Positions 1 to 9,527 of a stretch of DNA of 64,000 bases are shown here, in pieces; the stretch's first letter is position 1; each line of letters opens with the position of its first letter. The notes beneath the pieces were generated by a model. It saw only the letters and a list, made by a program, of their open reading frames with translations. It was not told the DNA's origin and ran no database searches. A program made the translations under genes and the position numbers. Source of the DNA: Peptococcaceae bacterium (GTDB taxonomy: Bacteria; Bacillota; Peptococcia; DRI-13); contig JAIHAN010000001.1 in assembly GCA_020054815.1 (NCBI GenBank), positions 5,836 to 69,835 on the forward strand. Direction: 5' to 3'.

Positions 1-622
1 TTTGTTTGAGCTTCTTTCTAATCCCCATATTAATATAATCATCGTAAAGATTATACTCGTGGCCTAGAAGCAAAATGTTAAGATCGCCATTGTGCTCCAG
101 GGTCTCTCTTTTTAAAAAGACTTTTTCCGGATAGATACCCTGTAAAAGGTCAAGTTCATACTTTTGCTGTACTTTCATGGCAGACCGCCAGGCTTTCTGA
201 ACCTGAATAAGGGGTTTCCCCATATTTGCGGCAATTTCCTTTAAAAATTGATCATGACTTTCCTTTTCCCTCATGTTTAAATTGGGCGCAAGATAAGCGG
301 GTTTAGCCGTTATATTGGCCTTTACCATATCAGGAATGCCAATAATTTTAGGACATATATAGGCACCTTTTTCAATGCTCACCATTCGGGGGACAAAAAT
401 ATAATCCAGCTCTCTTTCGGCCAATTCTGCCACGTGACCATAAAAAACTTTTACAGGAAGACAGGCTTCATCCACAACCTTACTGGCCCCTTTATCCAGA
501 ATACCTTTATTGGTTTCAGCTGTGGATATTACTTCCATGCCTAAAGATTCAAAAAAAGAAGACCATAACAGGAAAAAATTATAAAAAAGCAGTCCCCTGG
601 GAATTCCAATGCGTTTTGTCAA
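1..622 (-). CDS. Acyl-CoA dehydratase activase-related protein (DUF2229-like), 3' end runs out of the window
   Basis: Hand translation from TTG at 622: MTKRIGIPRGLLFY...VDEACLPVKVFYGHV...DYIFVPRMVS...YICPKIIGIPDM. Not in the ORF track because it is truncated. Confidence 0.75.
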   Translation of the reverse strand, partial: MTKRIGIPRGLLFYNFFLLWSSFFESLGMEVISTAETNKGILDKGASKVVDEACLPVKVFYGHVAELAERELDYIFVPRMVSIEKGAYICPKIIGIPDMVKANITAKPAYLAPNLNMREKESHDQFLKEIAANMGKPLIQVQKAWRSAMKVQQKYELDLLQGIYPEKVFLKRETLEHNGDLNILLLGHEYNLYDDYINMGIRKKLKQ

Positions 623-654
623 TATGCACCACCCTTAATTATTTTGTCTAATAA

Positions 655-684
655 TAGTTTTGACATCTAGTCTCGGTTCTAAAC
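655..684 (-). promoter_or_regulatory. Sigma-F/G-like promoter of the DUF2229-like gene
   Basis: GTTTA-N15-GTCAAAACTA on the - strand. Confidence 0.4.
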
Positions 685-685
685 C

Positions 686-2239
686 TTATTTCTTATCTTC
701 ATCGGAATCGTACCTTCTTTTCATCTTGTACTGGCCGATTCTCCTTAGCGGTAAGGGGATAAATCTTCTTCCTTGACGCTTTTTATCGAGAGGCTCTAAG
801 ACGGCTGGACGATATTTTTGAATGGGTACCGGAGACCTGAGGATGATATGAAATAAGGCAGCAGCATTAAAGGGTATCAGGGGCCATAAATAAGGTATAC
901 CGAAGGAGCGGGATAAGGCCAGGAAGACAAAGAGGAGTATAATTCCTCCCACATATCCCGGTAGTTTAAAGACAGCCGAAGCCAGGAGCAGAAAATAACG
1001 AATAAAGCGGTTAGCTAAACTCACCTCGTAACTGGGTGTGGAGAACGTGCCTACTGCGGCCAGGGCAGCATAAAGAATTACTTCGGGGACAAAAAGTCCT
1101 ATATTAATGGCTATCTCACCTATAAGCACGGCAGCAATTAAACCCATGGCTGTAGCCAGGGGTGAGGGGGTATGAATTGCAGCCATGCGGATAAGGTCAA
1201 CGCCAATCTCGGCCAGTAAAAACTGTACTAATAAAGGTACTTTACCAAATTTTTCAGGACCGATAAATTGTAAATAATCAGGTAAAAGACCGGGTTCTAC
1301 AGATACCAGGTAGTAAAGTGGTAAAAGAAAAGTAGAAGCAAAAATCCCCAGAAACCGGATCCAGCGCAGGTACGCACCGACAAGAGGATTCTGTCTATAT
1401 TCTTCAGCATGTTGGAGATGGTGGAAATATGTAGTCGGAGCAATGATGACACTGGGTGATCCATCAACGATAATAACCACATGGCCTTCCAGGAGATGAA
1501 CGGCGGCTACATCAGGCCGCTCTGTGTAACGCACTTTGGGAAAGGGATTCCAGTTCCCTTTGGGGTCTAAGAGCTCCTCTAATGACTTTTCGGCCATAGG
1601 TAGACCGTCAATATTGATGGTACTGAGCCGTTTTTTTATTTTCCCGACTAATCTGGGGTTGGTAATATCGTTGATATAACAGACAACAATGTCGGTTCGG
1701 GATCTTTTACCAACCTGCATCAGTTCCATACGAAGGCGGGGGTCACGAAGCCTCCGCCGGATAAGGGCTGTGTTAAAGACGACTGTTTCCACAAAACCGT
1801 CCCGTGCACCGCGGCTAACCCTTTCAATGTCGGGTTCCTCCGGTCCCCGGGCCGGATAGGTGCGGGCATCAATCACAAAGGCAAAACCATAGCCATCCAG
1901 CATAAAACAGACAGCCCCGGCCAGGACAAAGGTGATGATGGTGGAAACATCCTTTTGTTTCTCCACTTCTACATAGGGAATATATTTTTTAAATAGAATT
2001 TCAAGATTGTCATCTAATATCTCTTCCCGTTGGATATTCATTAATCCCCTCATGATATGGAGCATAATATCGTCCTTGACAAAACCATCGACCATATAAA
2101 ATACCCCATCCCTACCACCTACAGAGATGGGTCTTTTAATGATATCAAAACTCTCTTTCACACCTAATTCCCTGTCAAAAAACTCCATATTACGCTTTAA
2201 GTCTTTACCCAGCTCATACTGTTGTGTTGTTGTGGTCAC
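686..2239 (-). CDS. spoVAF: Stage V sporulation protein AF (GerA-family spore germination protein)
   Basis: IDARTYPARGPEEPDIERV, GFVETVVFNTALIRRR and FPKVRYTERPD motifs; hydrophobic C-terminal half; end of spoVA operon. Confidence 0.9.
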   Translation of the reverse strand: MTTTTQQYELGKDLKRNMEFFDRELGVKESFDIIKRPISVGGRDGVFYMVDGFVKDDIMLHIMRGLMNIQREEILDDNLEILFKKYIPYVEVEKQKDVSTIITFVLAGAVCFMLDGYGFAFVIDARTYPARGPEEPDIERVSRGARDGFVETVVFNTALIRRRLRDPRLRMELMQVGKRSRTDIVVCYINDITNPRLVGKIKKRLSTINIDGLPMAEKSLEELLDPKGNWNPFPKVRYTERPDVAAVHLLEGHVVIIVDGSPSVIIAPTTYFHHLQHAEEYRQNPLVGAYLRWIRFLGIFASTFLLPLYYLVSVEPGLLPDYLQFIGPEKFGKVPLLVQFLLAEIGVDLIRMAAIHTPSPLATAMGLIAAVLIGEIAINIGLFVPEVILYAALAAVGTFSTPSYEVSLANRFIRYFLLLASAVFKLPGYVGGIILLFVFLALSRSFGIPYLWPLIPFNAAALFHIILRSPVPIQKYRPAVLEPLDKKRQGRRFIPLPLRRIGQYKMKRRYDSDEDKK

Positions 2240-2831
2240 ACTGCCGAGCCTCCCAGTTTTTGATGACTAATTCTAAAGCTTTCGTGGTTATTTCCGCTCC
2301 TTTATAAGCACTGTCCTTACCCTCCATTTTCCCGATATCTCCGATACCGACCACAACGGGGATGACATCTTCCAGTTCATTTAATACATCGACAGTATCC
2401 CCCATAAGCGCATCGCTGTTGTAAGCGGGGTTCCCGCATTTATCTACTGGAACATCCACTACCTCTTTGTTTTTAGTCACCGCATAATCAACATGTATGC
2501 CTTCGATACTTTCGGTATTAGAAGCTACGGCCAGGACACCGATGACCTCAATATCAGGGTGTTGAGCCACGTATTCCAGTACCTCTTCCCCTTTCCCCTT
2601 CCTGCACGAACCCCTGTCGTCAACCATGACCACGACAGGATCATGGTTCGCCTTTTTGACAAGATCTATTAACTGTTGTCCACTGATCGGTGTAGGATTT
2701 CCAGCCGAGGCCGAAATACACCTTCCCCCAATATTGCTGACCGCCTTTTCTACTGCCTTCCGGGCTATATCGTCACCATCAGTGACAAAGATGATTCTGC
2801 GTTTGCCTGCGGATGGTTTAGCCATCTCCAT
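2214..2831 (-). CDS. spoVAEa: Stage V sporulation protein AE (SpoVAEa, soluble part)
   Basis: IIFVTDGD...GGRCISASAGNPT...VVMVDDRG...GIGDIGKM; position within spoVA. Confidence 0.85.
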   Translation of the reverse strand: MEMAKPSAGKRRIIFVTDGDDIARKAVEKAVSNIGGRCISASAGNPTPISGQQLIDLVKKANHDPVVVMVDDRGSCRKGKGEEVLEYVAQHPDIEVIGVLAVASNTESIEGIHVDYAVTKNKEVVDVPVDKCGNPAYNSDALMGDTVDVLNELEDVIPVVVGIGDIGKMEGKDSAYKGAEITTKALELVIKNWEARQCDHNNTTV

Positions 2832-2835
2832 CCTC

Positions 2836-3195
2836 CTATCCCTTGGGATTAAAGAAGGTGGCCACCACTAAGCCGAAAACTACAGCAGCGGCAATACCCA
2901 CAGAAGTGGCTTCCAGTCCTCCCCCTAAGGCTCCTAATAGTCCTTTACTTTTTACAGACTCAATGGCTCCCTGGGCCAAAGAATGTCCAAAACCTGAGAG
3001 CGGTACGGTAGCACCGGCTCCCCCCCATTCAACCAGGGGTTGATAGAGCCCCAGGGCACTTAAGATAGCACCACCAGTAACATAGCCTACTAAAATATGA
3101 CCAGGAGTGATGTTAAAAGGAGTTAAGTCCATCAAAAGCTGACCAATTAAACATAAAGCTCCGCCTACCAGAAATGCTTTGATTAAATCTTCCAT
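2836..3195 (-). CDS. spoVAEb: Stage V sporulation protein AE (SpoVAEb, membrane part)
   Basis: AFLVGGALCLIGQLLMD...GAGATVPLSGFG...FNPKG. Confidence 0.9.
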   Translation of the reverse strand: MEDLIKAFLVGGALCLIGQLLMDLTPFNITPGHILVGYVTGGAILSALGLYQPLVEWGGAGATVPLSGFGHSLAQGAIESVKSKGLLGALGGGLEATSVGIAAAVVFGLVVATFFNPKG

Positions 3196-3208
3196 CTCTT
3201 TTCACCCC

Positions 3209-4216
3209 TCAGCTGTATTCCAAAACAACCCCATGGGCTATACAGGGTATGGAGTTACCTTGAAAGGTACTGGTAGGACTTAAAAGTGCCCCCGTACCCA
3301 CCAGAAAAATTCTTTTATATAGGCCTTTTCGCATTTGCTCTAAAAGATACCCTGCAAGCACCACGGCAGAACAACCACACCCACTGCCCCCTGAATGGGT
3401 GTCCTGTTCAGGACTGTAAATAAGAATTCCACAATCAGATACATTTCCCGTATCCATACCCTGTTTTTTAAGTAGTTCTTTTAAAATATTGTTGCCCAAG
3501 AGGCCTAAATCCCCCGTAATAATCAGATCATAGTCATCTATTTTTCTTCCCGTATCCTGGAGATGGGTTTGGATAGTATCGAAGGCAGCCGGGGCCATGG
3601 CTGTTCCCATATCATTGGCATTCATCGTCCCCATGTCTACCACTTTGCCAATAGTGGCCTGGGTTATTTTAAACCCATTGGATTTATTCTCTACAACAAA
3701 AGAGCCGCAGCCCGTTACGGTCCACTGGGCCGTCATGGGGCGCTGTACACCAAATTCCGTAGGGAATCTAAACTGTCTCTCCGCAGTGTCATGGTGACTG
3801 CTGGCCGAAACCCCCACTTTGGCGGCATAACCGCCGTCGATAAGAATTCCCGCTAAGGCCAATCCCTCCGCTAAGGTGGAGCACGCACCGAACAGCCCGA
3901 AAAAGGGAATCCCTAGGGAGCCGGCTGTAAAATTGGCAGTAATGATTTGATTCAGTAAATCACCTGCCAGGTAAAAATCCAGGTCAGTGGGTAAGAGTGC
4001 CGCTTTTTCTAAAGCCAGCTCCATGCTGTACTGCATTAACTTTTGTTCAGCTTTTTCCCAGGTTTTTTCCGAACCTAAAGTATTATCCCAGATCACGTCG
4101 AAATATTCGGCCAAGGGGCCCTGCCCCTCCATGGGCCCCACCACGGAAGCCCAGGACTTGATAGACGGCATGCTGTTGAATTGTAAAGTTTGTTTTCCCA
4201 GCTTTTTTAGTACCAT
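3209..4216 (-). CDS. spoVAD: Stage V sporulation protein AD (dipicolinate binding)
   Basis: AGDLLNQ, FGACST, AERQFRFPTEFG and HSGGSGCGCS motifs. Confidence 0.95.
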   Translation of the reverse strand: MVLKKLGKQTLQFNSMPSIKSWASVVGPMEGQGPLAEYFDVIWDNTLGSEKTWEKAEQKLMQYSMELALEKAALLPTDLDFYLAGDLLNQIITANFTAGSLGIPFFGLFGACSTLAEGLALAGILIDGGYAAKVGVSASSHHDTAERQFRFPTEFGVQRPMTAQWTVTGCGSFVVENKSNGFKITQATIGKVVDMGTMNANDMGTAMAPAAFDTIQTHLQDTGRKIDDYDLIITGDLGLLGNNILKELLKKQGMDTGNVSDCGILIYSPEQDTHSGGSGCGCSAVVLAGYLLEQMRKGLYKRIFLVGTGALLSPTSTFQGNSIPCIAHGVVLEYS

Positions 4217-4225
4217 GTCTAATCC

Positions 4226-4903
4226 CTACTTTGTAAAGTAATATATAAGACCAATAAAGATAGACACCACTGTACCATAAGTAATCACCGGCCCGGCAAT
4301 GGTAAAGAGTCGTGCTCCTACACCGTAGACAAATCCTTCTCTTTTAAATTCCAGGGCGGGTGCCACCATAGAATTAGCAAAACCGGTAATAGGAATAATG
4401 GAACCGGCGCCGGCAAACTTCCCCAGTTCATCATAAAGACCTAAACCAGTAAAAAGAGCACCGAAAAAGACTAAAGTGGCCGACGTAGCTGTACTGGCTT
4501 CTTTTTCCACCAGCCCTCCCTGTTGAAACAAAGCAAACATGACCTGACCAATCACACAAATTAAACCACCGACGACAAAGGCCAGGATGGCATTTCGCAA
4601 TACAGTCATAGGAGGCGCCATCTTTACAGCCATCCTCTGATAATTCAGTTGTTTTATTTTCAAGAGGTCTTGCTGCTGCTGTTCAAGCTCACTCCTTAGT
4701 TTTACAATTTCCTGCCGGTCGTCCTTTTCTTTCTGGGCTTCTAGCAGTAGTACTCCTTGGTGTTCCTGCTGTAATTCCTGCTTAAGCTGCTGTTCCAGAT
4801 TTTTATCCAGATTTTTACCCTGCTCCTTATAGTGGTCAATAAGTTCTTGGCGCTTGACCAGCCGTTCCCTGATTCCTTCTAGATCAAAACCTTTTCCCGT
4901 CAA
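4226..4903 (-). CDS. spoVAC: Stage V sporulation protein AC with an N-terminal coiled-coil extension
   Basis: C-terminal part has AFVVGGLICVIGQ...GAGSIIPITGFANSM...EFKREG...AGPVI; TTG start preceded by GAAGGTAGG. Confidence 0.88.
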   Translation of the reverse strand: MTGKGFDLEGIRERLVKRQELIDHYKEQGKNLDKNLEQQLKQELQQEHQGVLLLEAQKEKDDRQEIVKLRSELEQQQQDLLKIKQLNYQRMAVKMAPPMTVLRNAILAFVVGGLICVIGQVMFALFQQGGLVEKEASTATSATLVFFGALFTGLGLYDELGKFAGAGSIIPITGFANSMVAPALEFKREGFVYGVGARLFTIAGPVITYGTVVSIFIGLIYYFTK

Positions 4904-4949
4904 TGTATCAACCTACCTTCGTTAAAATTAATCAATAAGTGACAACCTT

Positions 4950-4979
4950 TATTATTTATCCAAATCTGTGATGTTATAC
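4950..4979 (-). promoter_or_regulatory. Sigma-G-like promoter of the spoVA operon
   Basis: GTATA-N18-AATAATA on the - strand; spoVA is sigma-G dependent in model spore formers. Confidence 0.65.
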
Positions 4980-5004
4980 GTTAGTAAAAAAACAGAGTCT
5001 TACT

Positions 5005-5793
5005 TTAAGACCCTGTTTGAAAGGCGTCACTTTGCAGCAAGTGCCGTATTTTTTTTAAGGCTTGTCTTTCGATACGGGATACTTGTACCTGGGATAATCC
5101 TACCAAAGCTGCCACTTCTGTTTGAGTTTTATCTTGATAAAACCTTAAAAGGATGATTTCCTTCTCCTTGTCAGGCAGCTTTTCCAGAATTTCTTTAAGG
5201 GCAATCCTGTCAAACCAGTTCCCGTCGTCCTTTTCATTACTCAGCTGGTCCAGTACATAAATGGGGTCCCCATCATCCTGGTAAAGGGTTTCGTGTATGG
5301 AGGTGGGCAGCTGAACAGCTTCCAAACTGGCAATAATTTCTTCTACGGGTAAGTCTATCGCTTCCGAAATTTCTTGTAAGTTGGGTTCCCGCCCTAATTC
5401 CTTAGTCAGGGAATCCCTGGCTTTATTAATTTTATAGGCATTTTCCTTTAAGGACCGGCTGACCTTTACGGGATTATCATCGCGTAAAAAACGACGAATT
5501 TCACCTATGATCATGGGAACGGCATAGGTGGAAAATTTTACGTTATAAGAAAGATTAAACTTGTCAATGGCTTTGATTAAACCTATTGTACCAATCTGAA
5601 ATAAATCCTCTAATTCGTAACCCCTGTTGGTAAACCTCTGGACGAGATTGAAGACTAGTCGTAAATTACAGTTGATGAGCTTCTCCCTGGCGGGGTGATC
5701 TCCCGCCTGGGCTCGGACTAAAAGATCCGTCATCTCATCATCGTTTAACAGGGGAAAACGGGGCAAATTCATCTCTGATAATCTAACACTCAT
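5005..5793 (-). CDS. sigF: RNA polymerase sporulation sigma factor F
   Basis: NLRLV, DLFQIGTIGLIKAIDKF, FSTYAVPMIIGEIRRFLRDD; follows spoIIAA-AB. Confidence 0.95.
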   Translation of the reverse strand: MSVRLSEMNLPRFPLLNDDEMTDLLVRAQAGDHPAREKLINCNLRLVFNLVQRFTNRGYELEDLFQIGTIGLIKAIDKFNLSYNVKFSTYAVPMIIGEIRRFLRDDNPVKVSRSLKENAYKINKARDSLTKELGREPNLQEISEAIDLPVEEIIASLEAVQLPTSIHETLYQDDGDPIYVLDQLSNEKDDGNWFDRIALKEILEKLPDKEKEIILLRFYQDKTQTEVAALVGLSQVQVSRIERQALKKIRHLLQSDAFQTGS

Positions 5794-5808
5794 AAATTTT
5801 ACCCTCTC

Positions 5809-6261
5809 TTATGAGACGGCCTTTTGAATTCCGGCACCTTCTAGCTTTTTGGTAAGTATTACTCTGGTACCGTTATTGATTTCCGACTCTACTTTAACTT
5901 CATCCATAAATGACTGCATAAACACAAAGCCAAGGCCCATACGCTCGGGATCAGTGGTAAAAGCTGGCTGCATTGCTTGTGGAATATCAGCTATACCTAC
6001 TCCCTCGTCAATTACCTCTATCACGATGGAGTCTTCATAAAGAGAACCAATCAGTTTAACAATACCCGCAGGCTTATTCCGGTAACCGTGGATAATGGCA
6101 TTGGAGACAGCCTCCGAAGTGGCTACCTTAATTTCTTCCAGGTCATTTAAGGTTAAATCAAGCTGCGAGGCTAAAGCAGCTATGGTAATCCTGGCCAGCC
6201 CCACATTTTCCGGTATACTGATAAATTCTAATTTTATTTGGTTTCTTACTATTTTATCCAT
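5809..6261 (-). CDS. spoIIAB: Anti-sigma F factor (kinase)
   Basis: EIKVATSEAVSNAIIHGY, DEGVGI, ERMGLGF GHKL motifs. Confidence 0.95.
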   Translation of the reverse strand: MDKIVRNQIKLEFISIPENVGLARITIAALASQLDLTLNDLEEIKVATSEAVSNAIIHGYRNKPAGIVKLIGSLYEDSIVIEVIDEGVGIADIPQAMQPAFTTDPERMGLGFVFMQSFMDEVKVESEINNGTRVILTKKLEGAGIQKAVS

Positions 6262-6263
6262 TT

Positions 6264-6623
6264 TTATGCCTCCTTAAGTGACTTTCTCTCCAAATAAGTC
6301 CATGCTTCATTTTCGCTGTTAAAAGCGGGAATAATCGAGAGGATTCCTGATAGTTCCAATATTCTTTTAATGTTAGTGTTCATACCGTAAATAATCATGA
6401 TTCCCCGCTTTTCCTGTATTTTACGGTACCTTCCCAAAATCACACCCAAACCCGAACTATCTATAAAGCTTACCCGTGTCAAATCCAGGAAAAGATTTTT
6501 CGTAAACATTTCATCTATGGCTTTATCCAACCTTTCCCGGAATTCCTTTGCTGTTACCAGATCCAATTCCCCGGTAATTTTGACAAGCAATGTTCTGTTT
6601 TTGCTGTTAAAAATGAATGACAT
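6264..6623 (-). CDS. spoIIAA: Anti-sigma F factor antagonist (STAS)
   Basis: GELD...FIDSSGLGVILGRY with the phospho-acceptor Ser. Confidence 0.95.
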   Translation of the reverse strand: MSFIFNSKNRTLLVKITGELDLVTAKEFRERLDKAIDEMFTKNLFLDLTRVSFIDSSGLGVILGRYRKIQEKRGIMIIYGMNTNIKRILELSGILSIIPAFNSENEAWTYLERKSLKEA

Positions 6624-6656
6624 GTCTTTACCTCCTTGTCCACTTTATGGATAGGT

Positions 6657-6683
6657 ATTCTCCAAAAACAGGCAAATTCCTGC
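6657..6683 (-). promoter_or_regulatory. Sigma-H promoter of the spoIIA operon
   Basis: GCAGGA-N17-GAAT on the - strand. Confidence 0.7.
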
Positions 6684-6716
6684 TAATATCTGGAAATTGT
6701 TTTTATAAACATATAA

Positions 6717-6752
6717 AAAGGCGCTCCCAAGCAAATTTGGGTTCGCCTTTAT
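6717..6752 (-). terminator. Hairpin/terminator between dacF and spoIIAA
   Basis: AAAGGCG..CCCAA / TTGGG..CGCCTTT inverted repeat. Confidence 0.5.
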
Positions 6753-6776
6753 TCAACATTAAGCTTATTTAACCAT

Positions 6777-7934
6777 TTAACCGGTAACTACTCCCCGTAC
6801 CACTTTGCTGAATTCTCGCCACCAGGAGCCTTTGTCCACACTATCTTTCGCTACTAAATTCACTCGCTCTATGATCTCACCATCTTTAAGGATGGAAATA
6901 TGTCCCACAACTTGACCGGCTTTAACGGGGGCATTAAGGATGGGAACAGCCGTTACTTGCGTGGTCAAATTTTTGTCCTGACCTTTAGGCAAGGTTATCC
7001 CCACTTTTTTCTCGGGGATAGCTGCTACCGAGTCCACCTGGCCTTTACCGACCTTTACCTGGGTGATAATTTCGTTCTCTTTATGAAACTGTTTAAAGGT
7101 ATATTGGGAGTACCCCCAGTTCCACAAGATTTTAGTATCGGCAAAATGCCCGCTTTTTTCCGGTGATCCCATTACGACAGAGACAAACCTTAAACCATTC
7201 CTCTCCACGGTAGCCGCCAAGCAATACTTAGCATCATTGGTCCAGCCGGTTTTAAAGCCATCAGTGCCCGGATACTGCCAGAGGAGTTTGTTTTTGTTAT
7301 CATACTGAAAAGGCCGGTCCGTACCCTCACGAATACGGTAATGTTTTACTGAACAAAGTTCTCTTAATTCCGGATACCTTAAGGCATATAAAGCAATTTG
7401 GGCCAGGTCGTAGGCGGAAGTATAATGGTTGGGATCGTGCAGACCATTGCAGTTGACAAAATGGGTATTTTTTAAACCTAGTTCCGCGGCTTTTTTATTC
7501 ATCATATCCACAAAAGCTTCATGAGTACCGGCAATATGTTCGGCAACTGCTACACTGGCATCATTCCCCGAAGCCAGGGCAATCCCTAACAGTAGTTCTT
7601 TGAGGGTAAGTTTTTCTCCCGGTGCCAGGTAAATCTGGGATCCTCCATAGGAGGACGCATTGGGACTGGCGATAACCTCATCATTCATGCTGGCCTTCCC
7701 TTCTTTAATGGCCTCCATGGCCAGGACAAGGGTCATGAGCTTGGTGACACTGGCGGGAGGTAAGGTTTTATGAGGATCTTTCTCGTAGAGAATTTTTCCG
7801 GAATGGGCGTCTATGAGAATGGCTGATTCCGCTTTAACAGGTAATTCTACACCCAATACTTGTTGGGGAGCAAGGAACATAATTAATAAGATTACCAAAA
7901 GGGTGGCATAAATATTTTTCAATTTTTTTGACAT
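6777..7934 (-). CDS. dacF: D-alanyl-D-alanine carboxypeptidase
   Basis: SxxK (SVTK), SGN and KTG motifs; signal peptide; directly upstream of spoIIA. Confidence 0.92.
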   Translation of the reverse strand: MSKKLKNIYATLLVILLIMFLAPQQVLGVELPVKAESAILIDAHSGKILYEKDPHKTLPPASVTKLMTLVLAMEAIKEGKASMNDEVIASPNASSYGGSQIYLAPGEKLTLKELLLGIALASGNDASVAVAEHIAGTHEAFVDMMNKKAAELGLKNTHFVNCNGLHDPNHYTSAYDLAQIALYALRYPELRELCSVKHYRIREGTDRPFQYDNKNKLLWQYPGTDGFKTGWTNDAKYCLAATVERNGLRFVSVVMGSPEKSGHFADTKILWNWGYSQYTFKQFHKENEIITQVKVGKGQVDSVAAIPEKKVGITLPKGQDKNLTTQVTAVPILNAPVKAGQVVGHISILKDGEIIERVNLVAKDSVDKGSWWREFSKVVRGVVTG

Positions 7935-7962
7935 GTTTCTGCACCTCCTAGCAAACTAATTC

Positions 7963-7993
7963 TAGTTTTCCCCCCGATGCTAAAGAAGTATGT
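7963..7993 (-). promoter_or_regulatory. Sigma-F-like promoter of dacF
   Basis: ACATA-N16-GGGAAAACTA on the - strand. Confidence 0.5.
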
Positions 7994-8051
7994 AAAAATA
8001 CATTACATAGTACGGAGCAACGAGGTAAAACTATGAGCAGGAGGTGACAAT

Positions 8052-8174
8052 ATGGAAAAGGCTATTGCATTTTTTTTATTATTGATAATAAGTGCCAGCC
8101 TGGTTTATCTCTTCGTAACCCACATACTCCTGGCAATAATAAAGTTAGTTAGACAACAACAGCAACTAAAGTAG
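8052..8174 (+). CDS. Small 40-aa single-TM membrane peptide (not in ORF track)
   Basis: AGGAGGTGA RBS, then ATG: MEKAIAFFLLLIISASLVYLFVTHILLAIIKLVRQQQQLK*. Confidence 0.6.
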   Translation: MEKAIAFFLLLIISASLVYLFVTHILLAIIKLVRQQQQLK

Positions 8175-9503
8175 CCCATTGTATGATTCACGTCCCTTCT
8201 TCGTCACCACACCATAGATGAGGGGGTTTTTCTCAACTTTGGAAGGAGAAAATGTAAAGGCTTCCCGTACATATTTCATGGCTTCTGCCATTCTTTTCTC
8301 TTCATTATAGTAAAGAGTTAGCAAAGGCTGGTCCAGTTTAAAATAATCCCCTCTTCGACCATGAACTTTTAAACCAACAGCCAGATCAATGGCAGCATCT
8401 TTCGTTTCCCTTCCTGCCCCTAAAACCATGGCCGCTAAACCAAGGGCCTGTGCGTCAATTTCGGCCAGATATCCTTCAGCCCAAGCTTTTACAATCAATT
8501 TGCCCCGTGCTTGGGGTAATAAAGTTAAGTTTTCCAATACTTCCGGATTGCCGTGCTGGGCTTCTATAAGTTCTTTCATTTTAGCAAGAGCCCTTCTCTC
8601 CTCAAGCAACCCGTTAAGTATGCCTTTTGCTTCAGCAAAATCTTTTGCTTTTCCTGCAGCTAAGATCATATAGGAACCGAGCCCCAGGGATAACTCCCGT
8701 AAAGGGCCGCTCACTTTTCCCTGTAATACTTCAATGGCCTCTTGGACCTCCAGGGCATTGCCTATGGCCGAGCCTAATGGTTCATTCATATCTGAAATAA
8801 TGGCTACTGTTTCCCTACCCGCTCTGGTACCAATTCCTACCATTGTCTCTGCTAACCTAAAAGCTTCTTCCGTGTCTTTCATAAAAGCTCCGCTGCCGGT
8901 TTTCACATCCAGCACGATGGCCTGTGCACCGGCAGCGATTTTTTTACTCATAATGCTGCTGGCAATTAGTGGTATGGAATCTACAGTGCCTGTAACATCA
9001 CGTAAAGCATATATCTTTTTATCAGCCGGAACTAAGGCGCCGCTCTGACCGACCACAGCTACGCCGATTTTATTGACCTGCTCGATAAAGGCCTCTTTAC
9101 TGAGTATAGTATGAAAACCGGGGATGCTCTCCAACTTATCGATGGTACCACCTGTATGACCCAAACCACGCCCCGACATTTTAGCTACGGGTACACCGGC
9201 AGCCGCTACCAGAGGCGCCAGCACCAGTGTTGTTGTGTCGGCCACTCCTCCGGTACTGTGTTTGTCCACAATAGTTCCCTTTATGGCCGTAAGGTCAATG
9301 GTTTCACCTGAATTTACCATAGCTAAAGTAAGATTGGTTGTTTCTTCCATATCCATGCCACGAAAATAGACGGCCATACAAAATGCCGCCATTTGATAAT
9401 CTGGAATGTTGCCTTGAGTAAAATTATGCACTAAAAATTCTATTTCTTCTTTGGTGAGGCTATAACCGTTACGCTTCTTAATAATCAAGTCTGTTGTTCT
9501 CAT
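8166..9503 (-). CDS. pdp: Pyrimidine-nucleoside phosphorylase
   Basis: VDKHSTGGV, KMSGRGLGHTGGT, SIMSKK. Confidence 0.95.
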   Translation of the reverse strand: MRTTDLIIKKRNGYSLTKEEIEFLVHNFTQGNIPDYQMAAFCMAVYFRGMDMEETTNLTLAMVNSGETIDLTAIKGTIVDKHSTGGVADTTTLVLAPLVAAAGVPVAKMSGRGLGHTGGTIDKLESIPGFHTILSKEAFIEQVNKIGVAVVGQSGALVPADKKIYALRDVTGTVDSIPLIASSIMSKKIAAGAQAIVLDVKTGSGAFMKDTEEAFRLAETMVGIGTRAGRETVAIISDMNEPLGSAIGNALEVQEAIEVLQGKVSGPLRELSLGLGSYMILAAGKAKDFAEAKGILNGLLEERRALAKMKELIEAQHGNPEVLENLTLLPQARGKLIVKAWAEGYLAEIDAQALGLAAMVLGAGRETKDAAIDLAVGLKVHGRRGDYFKLDQPLLTLYYNEEKRMAEAMKYVREAFTFSPSKVEKNPLIYGVVTKKGRESYNGLL

Positions 9504-9527
9504 AGGGGTCTCCTCTCCTCATAATCC

